DNA from: an uncultured Chloroflexia bacterium
Lineage (GTDB): Bacteria > Chloroflexota > Limnocylindria > Limnocylindrales > CSP1-4
DNA length: 64,000 bases
Reading direction: 5' to 3'
Assembly (NCBI GenBank): GCA_963841545.1
Contig: CAWJDE010000013.1
Location: 830-64,829, forward strand
Made by a program: the position numbers and the translations under genes. Position 1 is the stretch's first letter; each line of letters begins with the position of its first letter. Below the pieces are notes generated by a model that was given only the letters and a program-made list of their open reading frames with translations, ran no database searches and had not been told where the DNA came from. Shown here in pieces: positions 39,133 through 50,922 of this stretch.

Positions 39133-40017
39133 ATGCCCGCCCACCGTACCGGAGGACGACCGCTGGATCCGAACCGGACCGATCCCGACCCCGCGACCGG
39201 CGGCGGCACGCCGCCCGAGGACCGCGACGTCCCGCGCGGCATCCGCGACCAGCTGCAGGCCACCCGCGATGCCCTCATGCGGGTCGTTCGCGCGCACCTC
39301 GATCTCGCGCGCGCCGAGATGGACGCCATCAAGGGCGAGGTGTCGCGTGCGGCCGCGCTCGGCGGGTTCGCGCTCGCCCTCGTCATCCTGCTCGCCTTCC
39401 TGCTCCCGATCGGGCTCACCCTGTTCCTCGGCGAGTGGATCTTCGGCTCGATCGGGTGGGGTGTGCTGCTCGGGACCGAGCTCCTCGTCGCGGTCACCGT
39501 GCTGCTCGTGCTGGTGGCGCTGCGGGTGCCGCGCCTGGGCGTGGACCTGTTGATCGCCATCGCGATCGGGGTCATCGCCTCCATCGTGCTCGGCGCGAAC
39601 GCGGCCAACGAGCTCTGGCGACGGATCGGCGACGCGGCGAGCCTCGGTGACCCTGCCTGGCGACCGCTGGTGGTCGGGATCATCGCGGGCGCGATCCTGG
39701 GCGCGGTCGTGGGCCTGGTCGCCGGCGCACGGCCGGGCGGCGCGGGCGCGGCCGTCGGCGGCCTGTTCGCGGGCGCGATCCTGGGGGCCGTGCTCGGCGC
39801 GTTCGTCGCGATCACCTTCGGCTGGCGGGTGGGTGCGGCGGTCGGCGTCGCCATCGGGCTCCTGGCCTGGACCACGCTGATGGGGGTGCGGGTCGCCCGC
39901 CAGGGGATCGACGGCGAGGCCCTCAAGGCCCGCTTCTGGCCGCAGGCCACGATCGACACCACGAAGGAGACGCTCGAGTGGGCGAAGGCGAGGGTCCCGT
40001 TCGGGCCGAAGGCATGA
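39133..40017 (+). CDS. DUF1469 / putative holin-X-like membrane protein with extended Gly/Ala-rich TM C-region
   Basis: Motif MRVVRAHLDLARAEMDAIKGEVSRAA followed by TM helices. Confidence 0.5.
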   Translation: MPAHRTGGRPLDPNRTDPDPATGGGTPPEDRDVPRGIRDQLQATRDALMRVVRAHLDLARAEMDAIKGEVSRAAALGGFALALVILLAFLLPIGLTLFLGEWIFGSIGWGVLLGTELLVAVTVLLVLVALRVPRLGVDLLIAIAIGVIASIVLGANAANELWRRIGDAASLGDPAWRPLVVGIIAGAILGAVVGLVAGARPGGAGAAVGGLFAGAILGAVLGAFVAITFGWRVGAAVGVAIGLLAWTTLMGVRVARQGIDGEALKARFWPQATIDTTKETLEWAKARVPFGPKA

Positions 40018-40625
40018 CCACGTCGGACGACATCCTGGCCGAGCGACCGGAGGTCGTCGCCGCGCGGCACGAGACGCGCAAGGCACGCGCCGCGTTCGAC
40101 GACGAGCTGGAGCGGTTGGAGGCGTCGGCCCGGGCCGCCGTCGACGTCCCGGCCAAGATGCGCCGGAACCCGGTCCGGACGGCCGGCGTCGCCGCCGGGA
40201 CCGGCTTCCTGCTGCTCGGCGGACCTCGCCGGGTCCTGCGTGGCGCCCGCAACGCCATCTTCGGCAAGCCCGACCCGCTGCCCAAATCGATGCTGCCCAG
40301 GGAGATCGACAAGGCGGTCTCGGAGCTGGGCGACGACGGGGCCAGGGTCCGGGGAACGATCGAGCGCGAGTTCGCGGCCTACCTGCGCGAGAAGGCGCCC
40401 GAGCGCCGCGAGCGCGACCTCTCCGGCGTGACCGCCTCGCTGCTGTCGCGGGTCGCGGAGCCGGTCGTGCAGCGGCTGGGCCGGCGCCTGGCCGAGGAGA
40501 TGCTGTCACCCAGCCAGTCCTCGTTCGCCGACCAGCTCGAGCGCGTCAGGGCCAGGCGCACGGCCGGCAGGACCGGAGAGACGAGCAGGGACCCGTCCGA
40601 CGCGAGCAAGGACGCGTCCGACTGA
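40014..40625 (+). CDS. hypothetical protein (DUF3618-like), translationally coupled to upstream membrane protein
   Basis: ATGA overlap with the upstream stop. Charged, helical, with one central hydrophobic segment. Confidence 0.45.
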   Translation: MTTSDDILAERPEVVAARHETRKARAAFDDELERLEASARAAVDVPAKMRRNPVRTAGVAAGTGFLLLGGPRRVLRGARNAIFGKPDPLPKSMLPREIDKAVSELGDDGARVRGTIEREFAAYLREKAPERRERDLSGVTASLLSRVAEPVVQRLGRRLAEEMLSPSQSSFADQLERVRARRTAGRTGETSRDPSDASKDASD

Positions 40626-40702
40626 TCCCTTCCTCGCACGTGCGAGCGCGATCGGACGGCGCCGTGCAACTCGGCTGCCCTGCGCCCGCGCGTCCGCCAA
40701 CC

Positions 40703-40790
40703 TGGTAGGCGAGGTCGGGATCGAACCGACACGTCCCTCACGGGACACCGGCTCCTAAGGCCGGCGCGTCTGCCATTCCGCCACTCGCCC
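40703..40790 (-). tRNA. tRNA-Leu (anticodon UAG), long variable arm, CCA encoded
   Basis: Reverse complement reads GGGCGAGUGGCGGAAUGGCAGACGCGCCGGCCUUAGGAGCCGG…GGUUCGAUCCCGACCUCGCCUACCA. D-loop, anticodon loop CUUAGGA, T-arm GGUUCGAUCC and a 7-bp acceptor stem with G1-U72. Confidence 0.8.
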
Positions 40791-40898
40791 GGTGAGATCG
40801 TAGCGGCAAGGAAACCCTGCGACGCGCCCGGGACGTCGGAGCAGGGGCGCTGATGGCGGATCGAACGATCCGTGCGCACCAGGGATCTGTAGCGGTGG

Positions 40899-41171
40899 AT
40901 GGAGCCGACGGTGGCGCATCGAGGGGTTGACGCGGCCGACGGGGCGGCGTCGTTCGAGGCGCTCGTCGGCCCGTGGGTGGACGAGATGTATCGTGCCGCG
41001 GCGGCCATCGTCGGCGAGAGCGACGCCCGCGACGTGACCCAGGACATCGACCTTCGCCCGCTCGACGACCTGATGCTCGAGGCCGTCTTCCCGGCAGCCG
41101 GGCAGGCGTGTGCCTTCGGATCACCGTCGCCGCCCAGACTGTCGTATCTCGAGGCCGCCCCGAGCCCGTAG
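40899..41171 (+). pseudogene. possible remnant of an ECF sigma-factor N-terminal (region 2) coding sequence
   Basis: 90-aa ORF with ECF sigma-2-like features (…SFEALVGPWVDEMYRAAAAIVGESDARDVTQD…) that terminates prematurely. No region 4. Confidence 0.2.
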
Positions 41172-41288
41172 CCGACGCCGGGCGCCCACGGCCGGCACCG
41201 CCGACGACCGCCACCGCCAGCCCACGGCCGCCACGCACCGGCCACGCCGCCGCCCCGGACGGTCGACCCACCCTATACTCGGCCGGCG

Positions 41289-42713
41289 ATGCAAGTGACC
41301 GCTACCCCCGCCCCCAAGAGCTCCATCCTCCTCGAGATCGAGGTTCCCCCCGACCGGCTCGACCGGGCCGTGCGCGACGCGGTCGGCCGCCTGTCCCGGA
41401 GAACGCGCGTGGCCGGCTTTCGGCCAGGCAAGGCACCGCGGCCGATCCTGGAGCGGGTGCTGGGGCCAGGCGCCGTGCTCGACGAGGCCGTCGATCACCT
41501 CGTCCAGGACGCCTATCGCGAGGCCGTCATCGAGCAGGGGATCGTGCCGCTGACCAACGCCGACGTCGAGGTCGTCGAGGCGGTCGAAGGCAAGCCGCTG
41601 CGGTTCAAGGCGACGGTCCAGGTCCGGCCCGAGGTGCAGCTCGGCGACTATCAGCAGTTCAACTTCGCGCCCGAGATCGAGTCGGTCGACGAGGCCAAGG
41701 TCGACAAGGTGGTCGACGAGCTGCGCGACCAGAACGCGACCCTGGCGGCCGTCGAGGATCGCGGCGCACGGGACGGGGACTGGGCGGTGATCGGGTTCGT
41801 CGGCACGCGCGAGGGTGAGCCGTTCGACGGCGGGACCGCGGAGCGGATGCCGTTGATCATCGGCGAGGACCGCCTGATCCCGGGCTTCGAGGCCAACCTC
41901 GTGGGCCTCAAGCCGGGCGAGTCGAAGGGCTTCGACCTGACCTTCCCCGACGACTACGGGGAGGCGAGCCTGGCCGGCAAGGAAGCGCATTTCGAGGTCG
42001 ATCTCAAGGAGCTGCGCGAGAAGATCCTCCCCGACGCGGACGACGAGTTCGCGCGGTCGATGGGCGAGTACGCGGACCTCGCCGCGCTCCGGGCGGAGGT
42101 CGACCAGCGGCTGCGTCGAAACGCGCTCGATCGGGCTCGCCACGAGTTCAGCGACCGGATCATCGACTACGCCGTCGCCAACGCCACCATCGACCTTCCG
42201 GACGTCCTGGTCGAGCAGGAGGTCGAGGTGATGCACGACGAGTTCCGGGCGACGCTCGCTCGCCAGGGCATCGGCGAGGAGGCATACCTCAAGGCGACCG
42301 AGCAGTCCGACGCCGACCTGCACCAGGAGTTCCGGCCCAGGGCGGAGCAGCGGACCAAGGTGCTCCTGGTCCTCTCGAAGATCGCGGAGGTCGAGGGCAT
42401 CGCGGTGCCCGATGCGGAGGTCGAGGGCCAGGTCGAGCTCGCCCGCGCCCGCTACCGCGATGCCAAGACGGTCCGCTACTTCGAGTCGGAGCGGGGCCGC
42501 AACTTCATCCGCAGCACGCTCCGCCGCACGCGGGTCGTCGAGTCGCTCGTCGATCGCTGGCTGGCGGCGCACCCCGACCATCCGGCGCTGCCGCACCTCG
42601 AGGACGACGCACCGTCGGCGGTCGACGCGCCGGAGGCCGAGGCGGCCGCGGCGCTCGACGCCACCGACCCCGGGGCGATCCCCGAATCCACCCCGGCCAC
42701 CGCCGATGCCTGA
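41289..42713 (+). CDS. tig: trigger factor
   Basis: Ribosome-binding signature GFRPGKAP, an FKBP-type PPIase and a C-terminal domain. Confidence 0.9.
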   Translation: MQVTATPAPKSSILLEIEVPPDRLDRAVRDAVGRLSRRTRVAGFRPGKAPRPILERVLGPGAVLDEAVDHLVQDAYREAVIEQGIVPLTNADVEVVEAVEGKPLRFKATVQVRPEVQLGDYQQFNFAPEIESVDEAKVDKVVDELRDQNATLAAVEDRGARDGDWAVIGFVGTREGEPFDGGTAERMPLIIGEDRLIPGFEANLVGLKPGESKGFDLTFPDDYGEASLAGKEAHFEVDLKELREKILPDADDEFARSMGEYADLAALRAEVDQRLRRNALDRARHEFSDRIIDYAVANATIDLPDVLVEQEVEVMHDEFRATLARQGIGEEAYLKATEQSDADLHQEFRPRAEQRTKVLLVLSKIAEVEGIAVPDAEVEGQVELARARYRDAKTVRYFESERGRNFIRSTLRRTRVVESLVDRWLAAHPDHPALPHLEDDAPSAVDAPEAEAAAALDATDPGAIPESTPATADA

Positions 42714-42766
42714 CGGCGACGCGCGGCCAGCCACCGACGCCTGATCGAACGCAGGGGAGACCCACG

Positions 42767-43450
42767 ATGCTCGTCCCGATGGTCATCGAGTCCACCAGCC
42801 GTGGTGAGCGCGCGTATGACATCTATTCGCGGCTGCTGCGGGAGCGGATCATCTTCCTGGGCGATGCGATCGACGACCACCTCGCCAACCTGGTGATCGC
42901 GCAGCTGCTGTTCCTCGAGTCCGAGGACCCCGAGAAGGACATCAGCCTGTACATCAACTCGCCCGGCGGCGTGGTCACGAGCGGCCTCGCGATCTACGAC
43001 ACGATGCAGTACCTGCGCGCGCCGGTGAGCACGATCTGCATCGGCATGGCGGCGTCCATGGCAGCGGTCCTGCTCGCCGCGGGTGCCCAGGGCAAGCGCT
43101 ACGCGCTGCCCCACAGCCGGGTGATGATCCACCAGGGCTCGGGTGGCTTCCGGGGCGCCGCTCCGGATGCGATGATCCAGATGAAGGAGTGGGAATACCT
43201 GGTCCAGGTCAACCACGAGATCCTCGCGCGCCACACGGGCCAGCCGCTGGACAAAGTGATCAGGGACACCGATCGGGACTATTTCATGGGTCCCGACCAG
43301 GCCAAGGACTATGGCATCATCGACGCGGTCTACACCCTGACCGGCGATTCGCTCATCGCGCAGGCGCATGACGCGGAGCTGTCCGCCGACCGGGGGACGA
43401 GCCCGCGATCATCGGCACCGGACGAGCCCGGGCCGGCCACGGAGCGATAG
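42767..43450 (+). CDS. clpP: ATP-dependent Clp protease proteolytic subunit
   Basis: ClpP catalytic motifs: Ser in GMAASMAA and His in MIHQ. Confidence 0.95.
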   Translation: MLVPMVIESTSRGERAYDIYSRLLRERIIFLGDAIDDHLANLVIAQLLFLESEDPEKDISLYINSPGGVVTSGLAIYDTMQYLRAPVSTICIGMAASMAAVLLAAGAQGKRYALPHSRVMIHQGSGGFRGAAPDAMIQMKEWEYLVQVNHEILARHTGQPLDKVIRDTDRDYFMGPDQAKDYGIIDAVYTLTGDSLIAQAHDAELSADRGTSPRSSAPDEPGPATER

Positions 43451-43462
43451 CGCAGGGAAGCC

Positions 43463-44776
<1,314 letters not shown>

Positions 44777-44816
44777 CGCCGCCCCGGATCGCCGGCACGG
44801 CGCCCCTTGTGCGGCG

Positions 44817-45170
44817 TCAGCCGGTCTGGAACAGGCGGAGCACGAGCGCGGCCAGGACGAGCCCGCCGATCCCCACCGCGAGCGACCGCCGGCCGGCCAG
44901 CCGCTGCCAGAACCGGGCGAGCGGGAGCACGATCAGCGCCACCACCGCGTACAGCAGGTGGAGGGGGTCGGCCGGCCGGCCCCCGGTCGCGAGGATGACG
45001 AGGCCGAGCACGATGCCCAACGTGACGAGCGCCAGGGCGGCCAGGATCGTGCGATCGATCGCGAACCGCGTCTCGACGTGGAGCGCCGACCCGGCGACGA
45101 CGGTCAGGGTCAGGACGCCGCCGCAGGCGGCGACCAGCAGCGCGGCGATGAGATGAAGCGTGACGACCAT
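44817..45170 (-). CDS. hypothetical small membrane protein (117 aa, about 4 TM)
   Basis: GGGAG RBS before MVVTLHLIAALL. Hydrophobic throughout. Confidence 0.45.
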   Translation of the reverse strand: MVVTLHLIAALLVAACGGVLTLTVVAGSALHVETRFAIDRTILAALALVTLGIVLGLVILATGGRPADPLHLLYAVVALIVLPLARFWQRLAGRRSLAVGIGGLVLAALVLRLFQTG

Positions 45171-45332
45171 CTGGCTCCCGCTGGTGGACTCGCCTCCGCG
45201 ATCGAGGTCACGTCCGGAGTGACACATCGGAGCGCGATGGGCGCCGCTCCGCCGGACGGAACGGATCATGGCAGCACCGCCTGTCCGCCGGCCTCCCGGA
45301 GTAGCATGGGCGCCTAGCCATCAAGGAAGGCG

Positions 45333-46187
45333 ATGGTAGACCGACCGCTCGCGTCCCCCGTCGGCCCCGACCCAGGTCGCCGGCGGCGAAACGGCCCCAG
45401 CCGATCGCCGTCGGGTCGCCAGGTGCTGCTGGGCTACGCCGCCATCACCGGGCTGCTGATCGTCGGCCTGGTGGCCGCCGGCGCCGTGTCGGGCGCAGCG
45501 GATCCCGCTGGCAGCGCCGCGATGGGTGCCCCCGATGCCGTGACCGTCGCCTCGCGCGGCGAGCAGCTGTTCCTCACCAGCTGCGCCTCGTGTCACGGGC
45601 CCCAGGGCGCCGGCACGGCGACCGCGCCCGACATCCGCTCGGCGGGTGCCGCGCTCGCCGACTTCGTGCTGCGGACCGGACGGATGCCACTGGCCGATCC
45701 CGCCGCGCCGGCCCGGCGTGGCGCCCCGAAGTTCGACGACGCCGACACGCAGGCGCTGGTCGCCTATGTGGCCTCGCTCGGCCAGGGCCCGGACATCCCC
45801 AACGTCGTCACCAGCGGCGCCGACACCGGCAAGGGGCGGGACCTGTTCGTGGCCAACTGCGCGGCCTGCCACGGGCCCGCCGGCGGTGGCGGGTCGGTGG
45901 GCGGCGGGTTCGTCGCGCCGGCGCTGACCAGCGCCGATGCGACCACCGTCGGCGAAGCGGCGATCAGCGGACCCGGCCCGATGCCCCGCTTCTCCTTCTC
46001 CCCCGAGGAGCTCGACGACCTCGCGGCATATGTCGGGTTCCTGCGCAATGCGCCGCATCCCGGAGGCGCGACCGCGCCGGCCGTGGGTCCGGTGACCGAG
46101 GGCTTCATCGCGGGCGTGGCGCTGCTCGGCCTGCTGCTCGTCGCGCGCTGGGTTGCGGTGCGCCATGAGCGCGAGGTGGACCCGTGA
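45333..46187 (+). CDS. qcrC: cytochrome bc1 complex diheme cytochrome c subunit
   Basis: Two CxxCH motifs (CASCH, CAACH) and a C-terminal TM anchor. Confidence 0.85.
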   Translation: MVDRPLASPVGPDPGRRRRNGPSRSPSGRQVLLGYAAITGLLIVGLVAAGAVSGAADPAGSAAMGAPDAVTVASRGEQLFLTSCASCHGPQGAGTATAPDIRSAGAALADFVLRTGRMPLADPAAPARRGAPKFDDADTQALVAYVASLGQGPDIPNVVTSGADTGKGRDLFVANCAACHGPAGGGGSVGGGFVAPALTSADATTVGEAAISGPGPMPRFSFSPEELDDLAAYVGFLRNAPHPGGATAPAVGPVTEGFIAGVALLGLLLVARWVAVRHEREVDP

Positions 46188-47044
46188 GCCCGGACCCGCG
46201 CCCCGGCGAGCGCCGGATCGAGCGAGCGATCGCCGGGGTGTTCCTCGTCTCGGCGATCTCCGGCGTCGCCCTGCTCGGCGTCTACCTCGCCGGCGGCCAG
46301 ACCCAGGTCGAGGCGGTGCTGCTCGCGCTCTCGCTGGGGGGTATCGGCATCGGCATCATCGCGTGGTCGCAGCAGCTGCTGCCAGGCACGTTGCGGATCG
46401 AGGAGCGACACCCGGTCGAGGCCACGGCCGATCCCGACGCCAGGCAGGAGATCCTGGCCGAGGAGGCGTCGATCACGCGACGGTCGCTCCTCGTGCGGGC
46501 GCTCGGCGGTGCCCTGGCCGGTCTCGCCGCCGCGCTCGCGATCCCGGTGCTGTCGCTTGGACCGGCGCCTGGCCGCAGCCTGTTCGAGACCCCATGGCGG
46601 CGCGGCGGCCTGCGCCTCGTCGGCCTCGACGGGCTGCCGATCAGGGCCGACGAGCTGCCGCTCGAAGGCGTGGTGACGGCGTTCCCGGAGGGCTTCGTCG
46701 GATCCGCGGACGGCCAGACGCTGCTGATCCACGTCGCGCCCGGTCTGCTCCGGCTCGCGCAGGACCGTGCGGCCTGGGCGCCCGAGGGGTACGTGGCCTT
46801 CTCGAAGCTGTGCACGCACGCCGGCTGCCCGGTCGGCCTCTACCGCGCCGCCGAGCATCGGCTGATCTGCCCCTGCCACCAGTCAACGTTCGACGTGCTC
46901 GATGGCGCGAAGCCGGTGTTCGGGCCGGCGGCGCGCCCGCTGCCGCAGCTGCCGATCACGCTCCAGGACGACGGGACGTTCGTGGCCACGGGCGACTTCT
47001 CGGAGCCGGTCGGCCCGGCGTTCTGGGACATCACCGATGCCTGA
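46184..47044 (+). CDS. qcrA: ubiquinol-cytochrome c reductase Rieske iron-sulfur subunit
   Basis: Rieske motifs CTHAGC and CPCHQS, with N-terminal TM helices. GTGA start/stop overlap with qcrC. Confidence 0.85.
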   Translation: MSPDPRPGERRIERAIAGVFLVSAISGVALLGVYLAGGQTQVEAVLLALSLGGIGIGIIAWSQQLLPGTLRIEERHPVEATADPDARQEILAEEASITRRSLLVRALGGALAGLAAALAIPVLSLGPAPGRSLFETPWRRGGLRLVGLDGLPIRADELPLEGVVTAFPEGFVGSADGQTLLIHVAPGLLRLAQDRAAWAPEGYVAFSKLCTHAGCPVGLYRAAEHRLICPCHQSTFDVLDGAKPVFGPAARPLPQLPITLQDDGTFVATGDFSEPVGPAFWDITDA

Positions 47045-48527
47045 CCCGGCGCCGCGCACCCCCGCGACGGAGCAGGCCGCGGCAAACCGGCCTGCAGCCG
47101 ACCGCGCCCGCAGCGCCGCGGACGGCGACCGGCCCACCGAGCTTGAGCGCCTGGTCGGCTGGGTCGATCGGAGGACCGGCCTGGCGGGGCCGATCCGCGG
47201 CGGGATGCGCAAGGTGTTTCCCGACCACTGGAGCTTCCTGCTGGGCGAGATCGCGCTGTTCTCGTTCGTGATCCTGCTCGCGACCGGCACCTTTCTCACG
47301 TTCTTCTACACCCCCGATGCGCGCCTGGTGACCTATCAGGGCTCGTACGGAACGCTCGACGGCGCCGGGATGTCGGCCGCCTTCGCGTCGGTCATGCGGC
47401 TCTCGTTCGACGTCGAGGCCGGCCTCCTGATGCGCCAGCTCCACCACTGGACGGCGCTGGTGTTCATCGGCGCGATCGGCGCCCATCTCGCCCGGATCTT
47501 CTTCACCGGCGCGTTCCGTCGACCCCGGGAGCTCAACTACCTCATCGGCATGGGGCTGTTGACGTTCGCCCTGGGCGAGGGGATCACGGGCTACTCGCTG
47601 CCCGACGACCTGCTGTCGGGGACGGGCCTGCGGATCATCGACTCGGCGATGCTCTCGATCCCGTTCGTCGGCCCCTGGGTGGCCTCGCTGTTCTTCGGCG
47701 GGGAGTATCCGACCGCCGACATCCTCAGCCGGTTGTTCGTGTTCCACGTGATGCTGCTGCCGGGCCTGCTGGTGGGCGGCATCACGGTCCATCTCGCCCT
47801 GCTGTGGTTCCAGAAGCACACCCAGTACCGCGGCGGGCCAGCTCGCGAGGACAACGTGGTCGGGCTCTCGTTCTGGCCCGGCCAGGTGTTCCGGTCGCTG
47901 GGCCTGTTCTTCCTGACGTCGGCGGTGATGGTGCTGCTGGCCGGGCTCGTCCAGATCAACCCCGTCTGGCTGTACGGACCCTACGTCCCGTACGTCGCGA
48001 CCGTGCCGGCGCAGCCCGACTGGTACGTCGGCTGGCTCGAGGGGGCGCTCCGCCTGGGCCTCCCGATCGAGCCCACCATCCTCGGCGTGACGATCCCGTC
48101 GCCGTTCGTGCCGGGCATCCTCATCCCCGGGGTGCTCATGACCCTCCTGGCGCTGTGGCCGTTCCTCGAGGCACGGCTGACCGGCGACCACGCCGAGCAC
48201 CACCTGCTCGATGCACCGTGGCAGACGCCGATCCGGACGGCGACCGGCGCCGCGGGCGTGGCCTTGTTCCTGGTGCTGACGATCGCGGGTGGCAACGACG
48301 TCCTGAGCGTGATCTTCGACGTCCCGGTGGAGGCGATCACGATCGCGTTCCGGGTGCTCCTCCTGGTGGTGCCGGTCCTGACCTGGCTGCTGGTGTACCG
48401 GCTCGCCCGCGACTACGGGGACAGCCGGCGGCGCCACGAGGAGGATGGGCTGCCCGAGGAGCCACCCAGCGTGATCCTGGTCCGCAACGCGGCCGGCGGC
48501 TTCAGCGAAGCCGAGACGGAGCGATGA
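47037..48527 (+). CDS. qcrB: cytochrome bc1 complex cytochrome b subunit
   Basis: Cytochrome b N/C domains with heme-ligand His in conserved TM helices. 8-nt overlap with qcrA. Confidence 0.9.
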   Translation: MPDPAPRTPATEQAAANRPAADRARSAADGDRPTELERLVGWVDRRTGLAGPIRGGMRKVFPDHWSFLLGEIALFSFVILLATGTFLTFFYTPDARLVTYQGSYGTLDGAGMSAAFASVMRLSFDVEAGLLMRQLHHWTALVFIGAIGAHLARIFFTGAFRRPRELNYLIGMGLLTFALGEGITGYSLPDDLLSGTGLRIIDSAMLSIPFVGPWVASLFFGGEYPTADILSRLFVFHVMLLPGLLVGGITVHLALLWFQKHTQYRGGPAREDNVVGLSFWPGQVFRSLGLFFLTSAVMVLLAGLVQINPVWLYGPYVPYVATVPAQPDWYVGWLEGALRLGLPIEPTILGVTIPSPFVPGILIPGVLMTLLALWPFLEARLTGDHAEHHLLDAPWQTPIRTATGAAGVALFLVLTIAGGNDVLSVIFDVPVEAITIAFRVLLLVVPVLTWLLVYRLARDYGDSRRRHEEDGLPEEPPSVILVRNAAGGFSEAETER

Positions 48528-49246
48528 GCCGGCGATCGACGCCGACGGCGGCCGTCGCCGCGCTGCCGCTGCTGGCGGTCGCGATCGGCGGCTGCATGCC
48601 GACCGCTGCCTCCTCGCAGGGTCAGGACATCTCGGATCTGTACACGGTGTTCCTGGTCGCCGGGATCGTGGTCGCGGCGGTCGTCTGGAGCCTGGTCACG
48701 TGGGCGATCCTCCGCTACCGCCGCCGTGACGACCGCCTCCCGGAGCAGATCGAGGGCAGCCTCCGGATCGAGGCCGTGTGGACCCTCATTCCCCTGATGA
48801 CCGTGCTCGTGCTGTTCCTGCTGACGGTCCGCACGCTCGCGGCCGTCGACACCGTGGAGGCCGGCGGGATCGACCTCCACGTCACGGCCTTCCGCTGGCA
48901 ATGGCAGGCCGACTACCCGGCGGGGGGCGTCAAGCTCATCGGCACGACCGATCAGCCGCTGGAGGTGGTCCTGCCGGTCGACACCCCGGTCCACGTCACC
49001 CTCGAATCGCTCGACGTCGACCACGCGTGGTACGTCCCGGCGTTCCTGTTCAAGCGTGACGCGATCCCTGGCAGACCCACCTTCTTCGACCTCCGGATCA
49101 CCGCCCCGGGGGTCTATCCGGGCGCCTGCGCCGAGTTCTGCGGCGTCGGCCATGACGACATGCTGTTCACGATCCGGGCCGTCGACCAGGCCACCTTCGA
49201 GCGCTGGCTCGCCGATCGGGCGGCCGGTGGGAGCGCAGCCCCATGA
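48524..49246 (+). CDS. ctaC: cytochrome c oxidase subunit II
   Basis: CuA centre motif HAWYVP…CAEFCGVGH with N-terminal TM helices. ATGA overlap with qcrB. Confidence 0.85.
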   Translation: MSRRSTPTAAVAALPLLAVAIGGCMPTAASSQGQDISDLYTVFLVAGIVVAAVVWSLVTWAILRYRRRDDRLPEQIEGSLRIEAVWTLIPLMTVLVLFLLTVRTLAAVDTVEAGGIDLHVTAFRWQWQADYPAGGVKLIGTTDQPLEVVLPVDTPVHVTLESLDVDHAWYVPAFLFKRDAIPGRPTFFDLRITAPGVYPGACAEFCGVGHDDMLFTIRAVDQATFERWLADRAAGGSAAP

Positions 49247-50922
49247 CCGCGATCGACGCACCCCGCGTCACCCTGCCCGTGGCCACCGCGCCGCGGGTGA
49301 CCCTGCTGGAGTGGCTGACGACCACGGACCACAAGCGGATCGGCGCGCTGTACATCACCGCGGCGTTCGGGTTTGCGCTCGTCGGCGGTGCGATCGCCGA
49401 GCTGATCCGGCTCGAGCTCGCGGCGCCCGGCCAGCAGCTGGTCGACGCTTCGACCTACGACCAGCTGTTCACCGTCCACGGCACGCTGATGCTGCTGTTC
49501 TTTGCCGGCCCGCTTGCGATCGGGTTCGCCAACGCGATCATGCCGCTCCAGATCGGTGCCGCGGACATGTCGTTCCCCCGCCTCAACGCCCTCTCGTTCT
49601 GGCTGTTCCTGTTCGGCGGCCTGATCGTGATGTCCGGGTTCCTGACCACGGGCGGCGCGGCTGCGGCCGGCTGGACCGGCTACCCGCCGCTGTCGGGGCC
49701 CGACTTCGCGCCAAGCGCGGGCATGGACCTGTGGATCGTGGGCGTCGCCCTGGTCGGGGCATCGGGGATCCTGGGCGCGGTCAACTTCCTGGTGACGATC
49801 TACACGCGGCGGGCGCCCGGGATGCGGATGTTCCGGATGCCCATGTTCACCTGGACGATCCTGGTCACCTCGATCCTGATCCTGTTCGCGTTCCCGTCGG
49901 TCACCGCCGCGCTCGCGATGCTGTTCATCGACCGCCACTTCGGCGGCGGCTTCTTCGACCCCACCCAGGGTGGCGACCCGGTCCTGTGGCAGCACCTGTT
50001 CTGGTTCTTCGGTCACCCGGAGGTGTACATCCTGGTGCTGCCGTACTTCGGAATCATGAGCGAGGTGGTGCCGGTCTTCTCGAGCAAGCCGCTGTTCGGC
50101 TACCGGCTGATGGTGTTCGCCGTGATCGCGATCGCCGGCCTGTCGATGGGCGTGTGGGCGCACCACATGTTCACCACCGGGCGGGTGGACCTGCCGTTCT
50201 TCTCGATCATGTCGCTGCTCATCGCCGTACCCACCGGGATCAAGATCTTCAACTGGACCGCGACGATGTTCCGTGGCAGCCTCCGGTTCTCCGTCCCGAT
50301 GCTGTGGGCGCTGGGGCTGCTGTACGTGTTCACGATCGGCGGCATCACGGGTGTCATGCTCGCCTCGCCGCCCATCGACTACCAGGCGCAGGACACGTAC
50401 TTCGTGGTCGCCCATCTGCACAACGTCCTGATCGGCGGCACGATGTTCGCGGGGTTCGCCGGGATCTACTTCTGGTTCCCCAAGCTCACCGGCCGGATGC
50501 TCGACGAGCGGCTCGGCCGGCTGCATTGGGCGTCCTGGATGATCGGGTTCGTGCTGACCTTCGTGCCCCAGTACCTGCTGGGCGCCGAGGGGATGCCCCG
50601 GCGCATCGCCGACTATCCCGCGGACCGTGGGTGGGCCGACCTCAACCTGCTCTCGACGATCGGGGCGCTGGTGCTGGCGGCCGGGATGCTGCCGTTCCTG
50701 CTGGCCGTGGTGCGGGCGATGCGTCGTCCGGCCGATGCCCCCGCCGACCCGTGGGGCGGCAACTCGCTCGAGTGGGCGACCTCGTCGCCGCCGCCGCACC
50801 ACAACTTCGACCGGCTGCCGCCGATCCGCTCCCTGCGACCCGTGTTCGACGCGCGCATGGAGGCACAGGCTGAGGCCGCGCGCGGGCTGGAGAGGGCCGG
50901 ACCGGGATCCGCCGATGCCTGA
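49243..50922 (+). CDS. ctaD: cytochrome c oxidase subunit I
   Basis: Canonical COX1 motifs (WFFGHPEVY, HHMF, etc.). Confidence 0.95.
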   Translation: MTAIDAPRVTLPVATAPRVTLLEWLTTTDHKRIGALYITAAFGFALVGGAIAELIRLELAAPGQQLVDASTYDQLFTVHGTLMLLFFAGPLAIGFANAIMPLQIGAADMSFPRLNALSFWLFLFGGLIVMSGFLTTGGAAAAGWTGYPPLSGPDFAPSAGMDLWIVGVALVGASGILGAVNFLVTIYTRRAPGMRMFRMPMFTWTILVTSILILFAFPSVTAALAMLFIDRHFGGGFFDPTQGGDPVLWQHLFWFFGHPEVYILVLPYFGIMSEVVPVFSSKPLFGYRLMVFAVIAIAGLSMGVWAHHMFTTGRVDLPFFSIMSLLIAVPTGIKIFNWTATMFRGSLRFSVPMLWALGLLYVFTIGGITGVMLASPPIDYQAQDTYFVVAHLHNVLIGGTMFAGFAGIYFWFPKLTGRMLDERLGRLHWASWMIGFVLTFVPQYLLGAEGMPRRIADYPADRGWADLNLLSTIGALVLAAGMLPFLLAVVRAMRRPADAPADPWGGNSLEWATSSPPPHHNFDRLPPIRSLRPVFDARMEAQAEAARGLERAGPGSADA

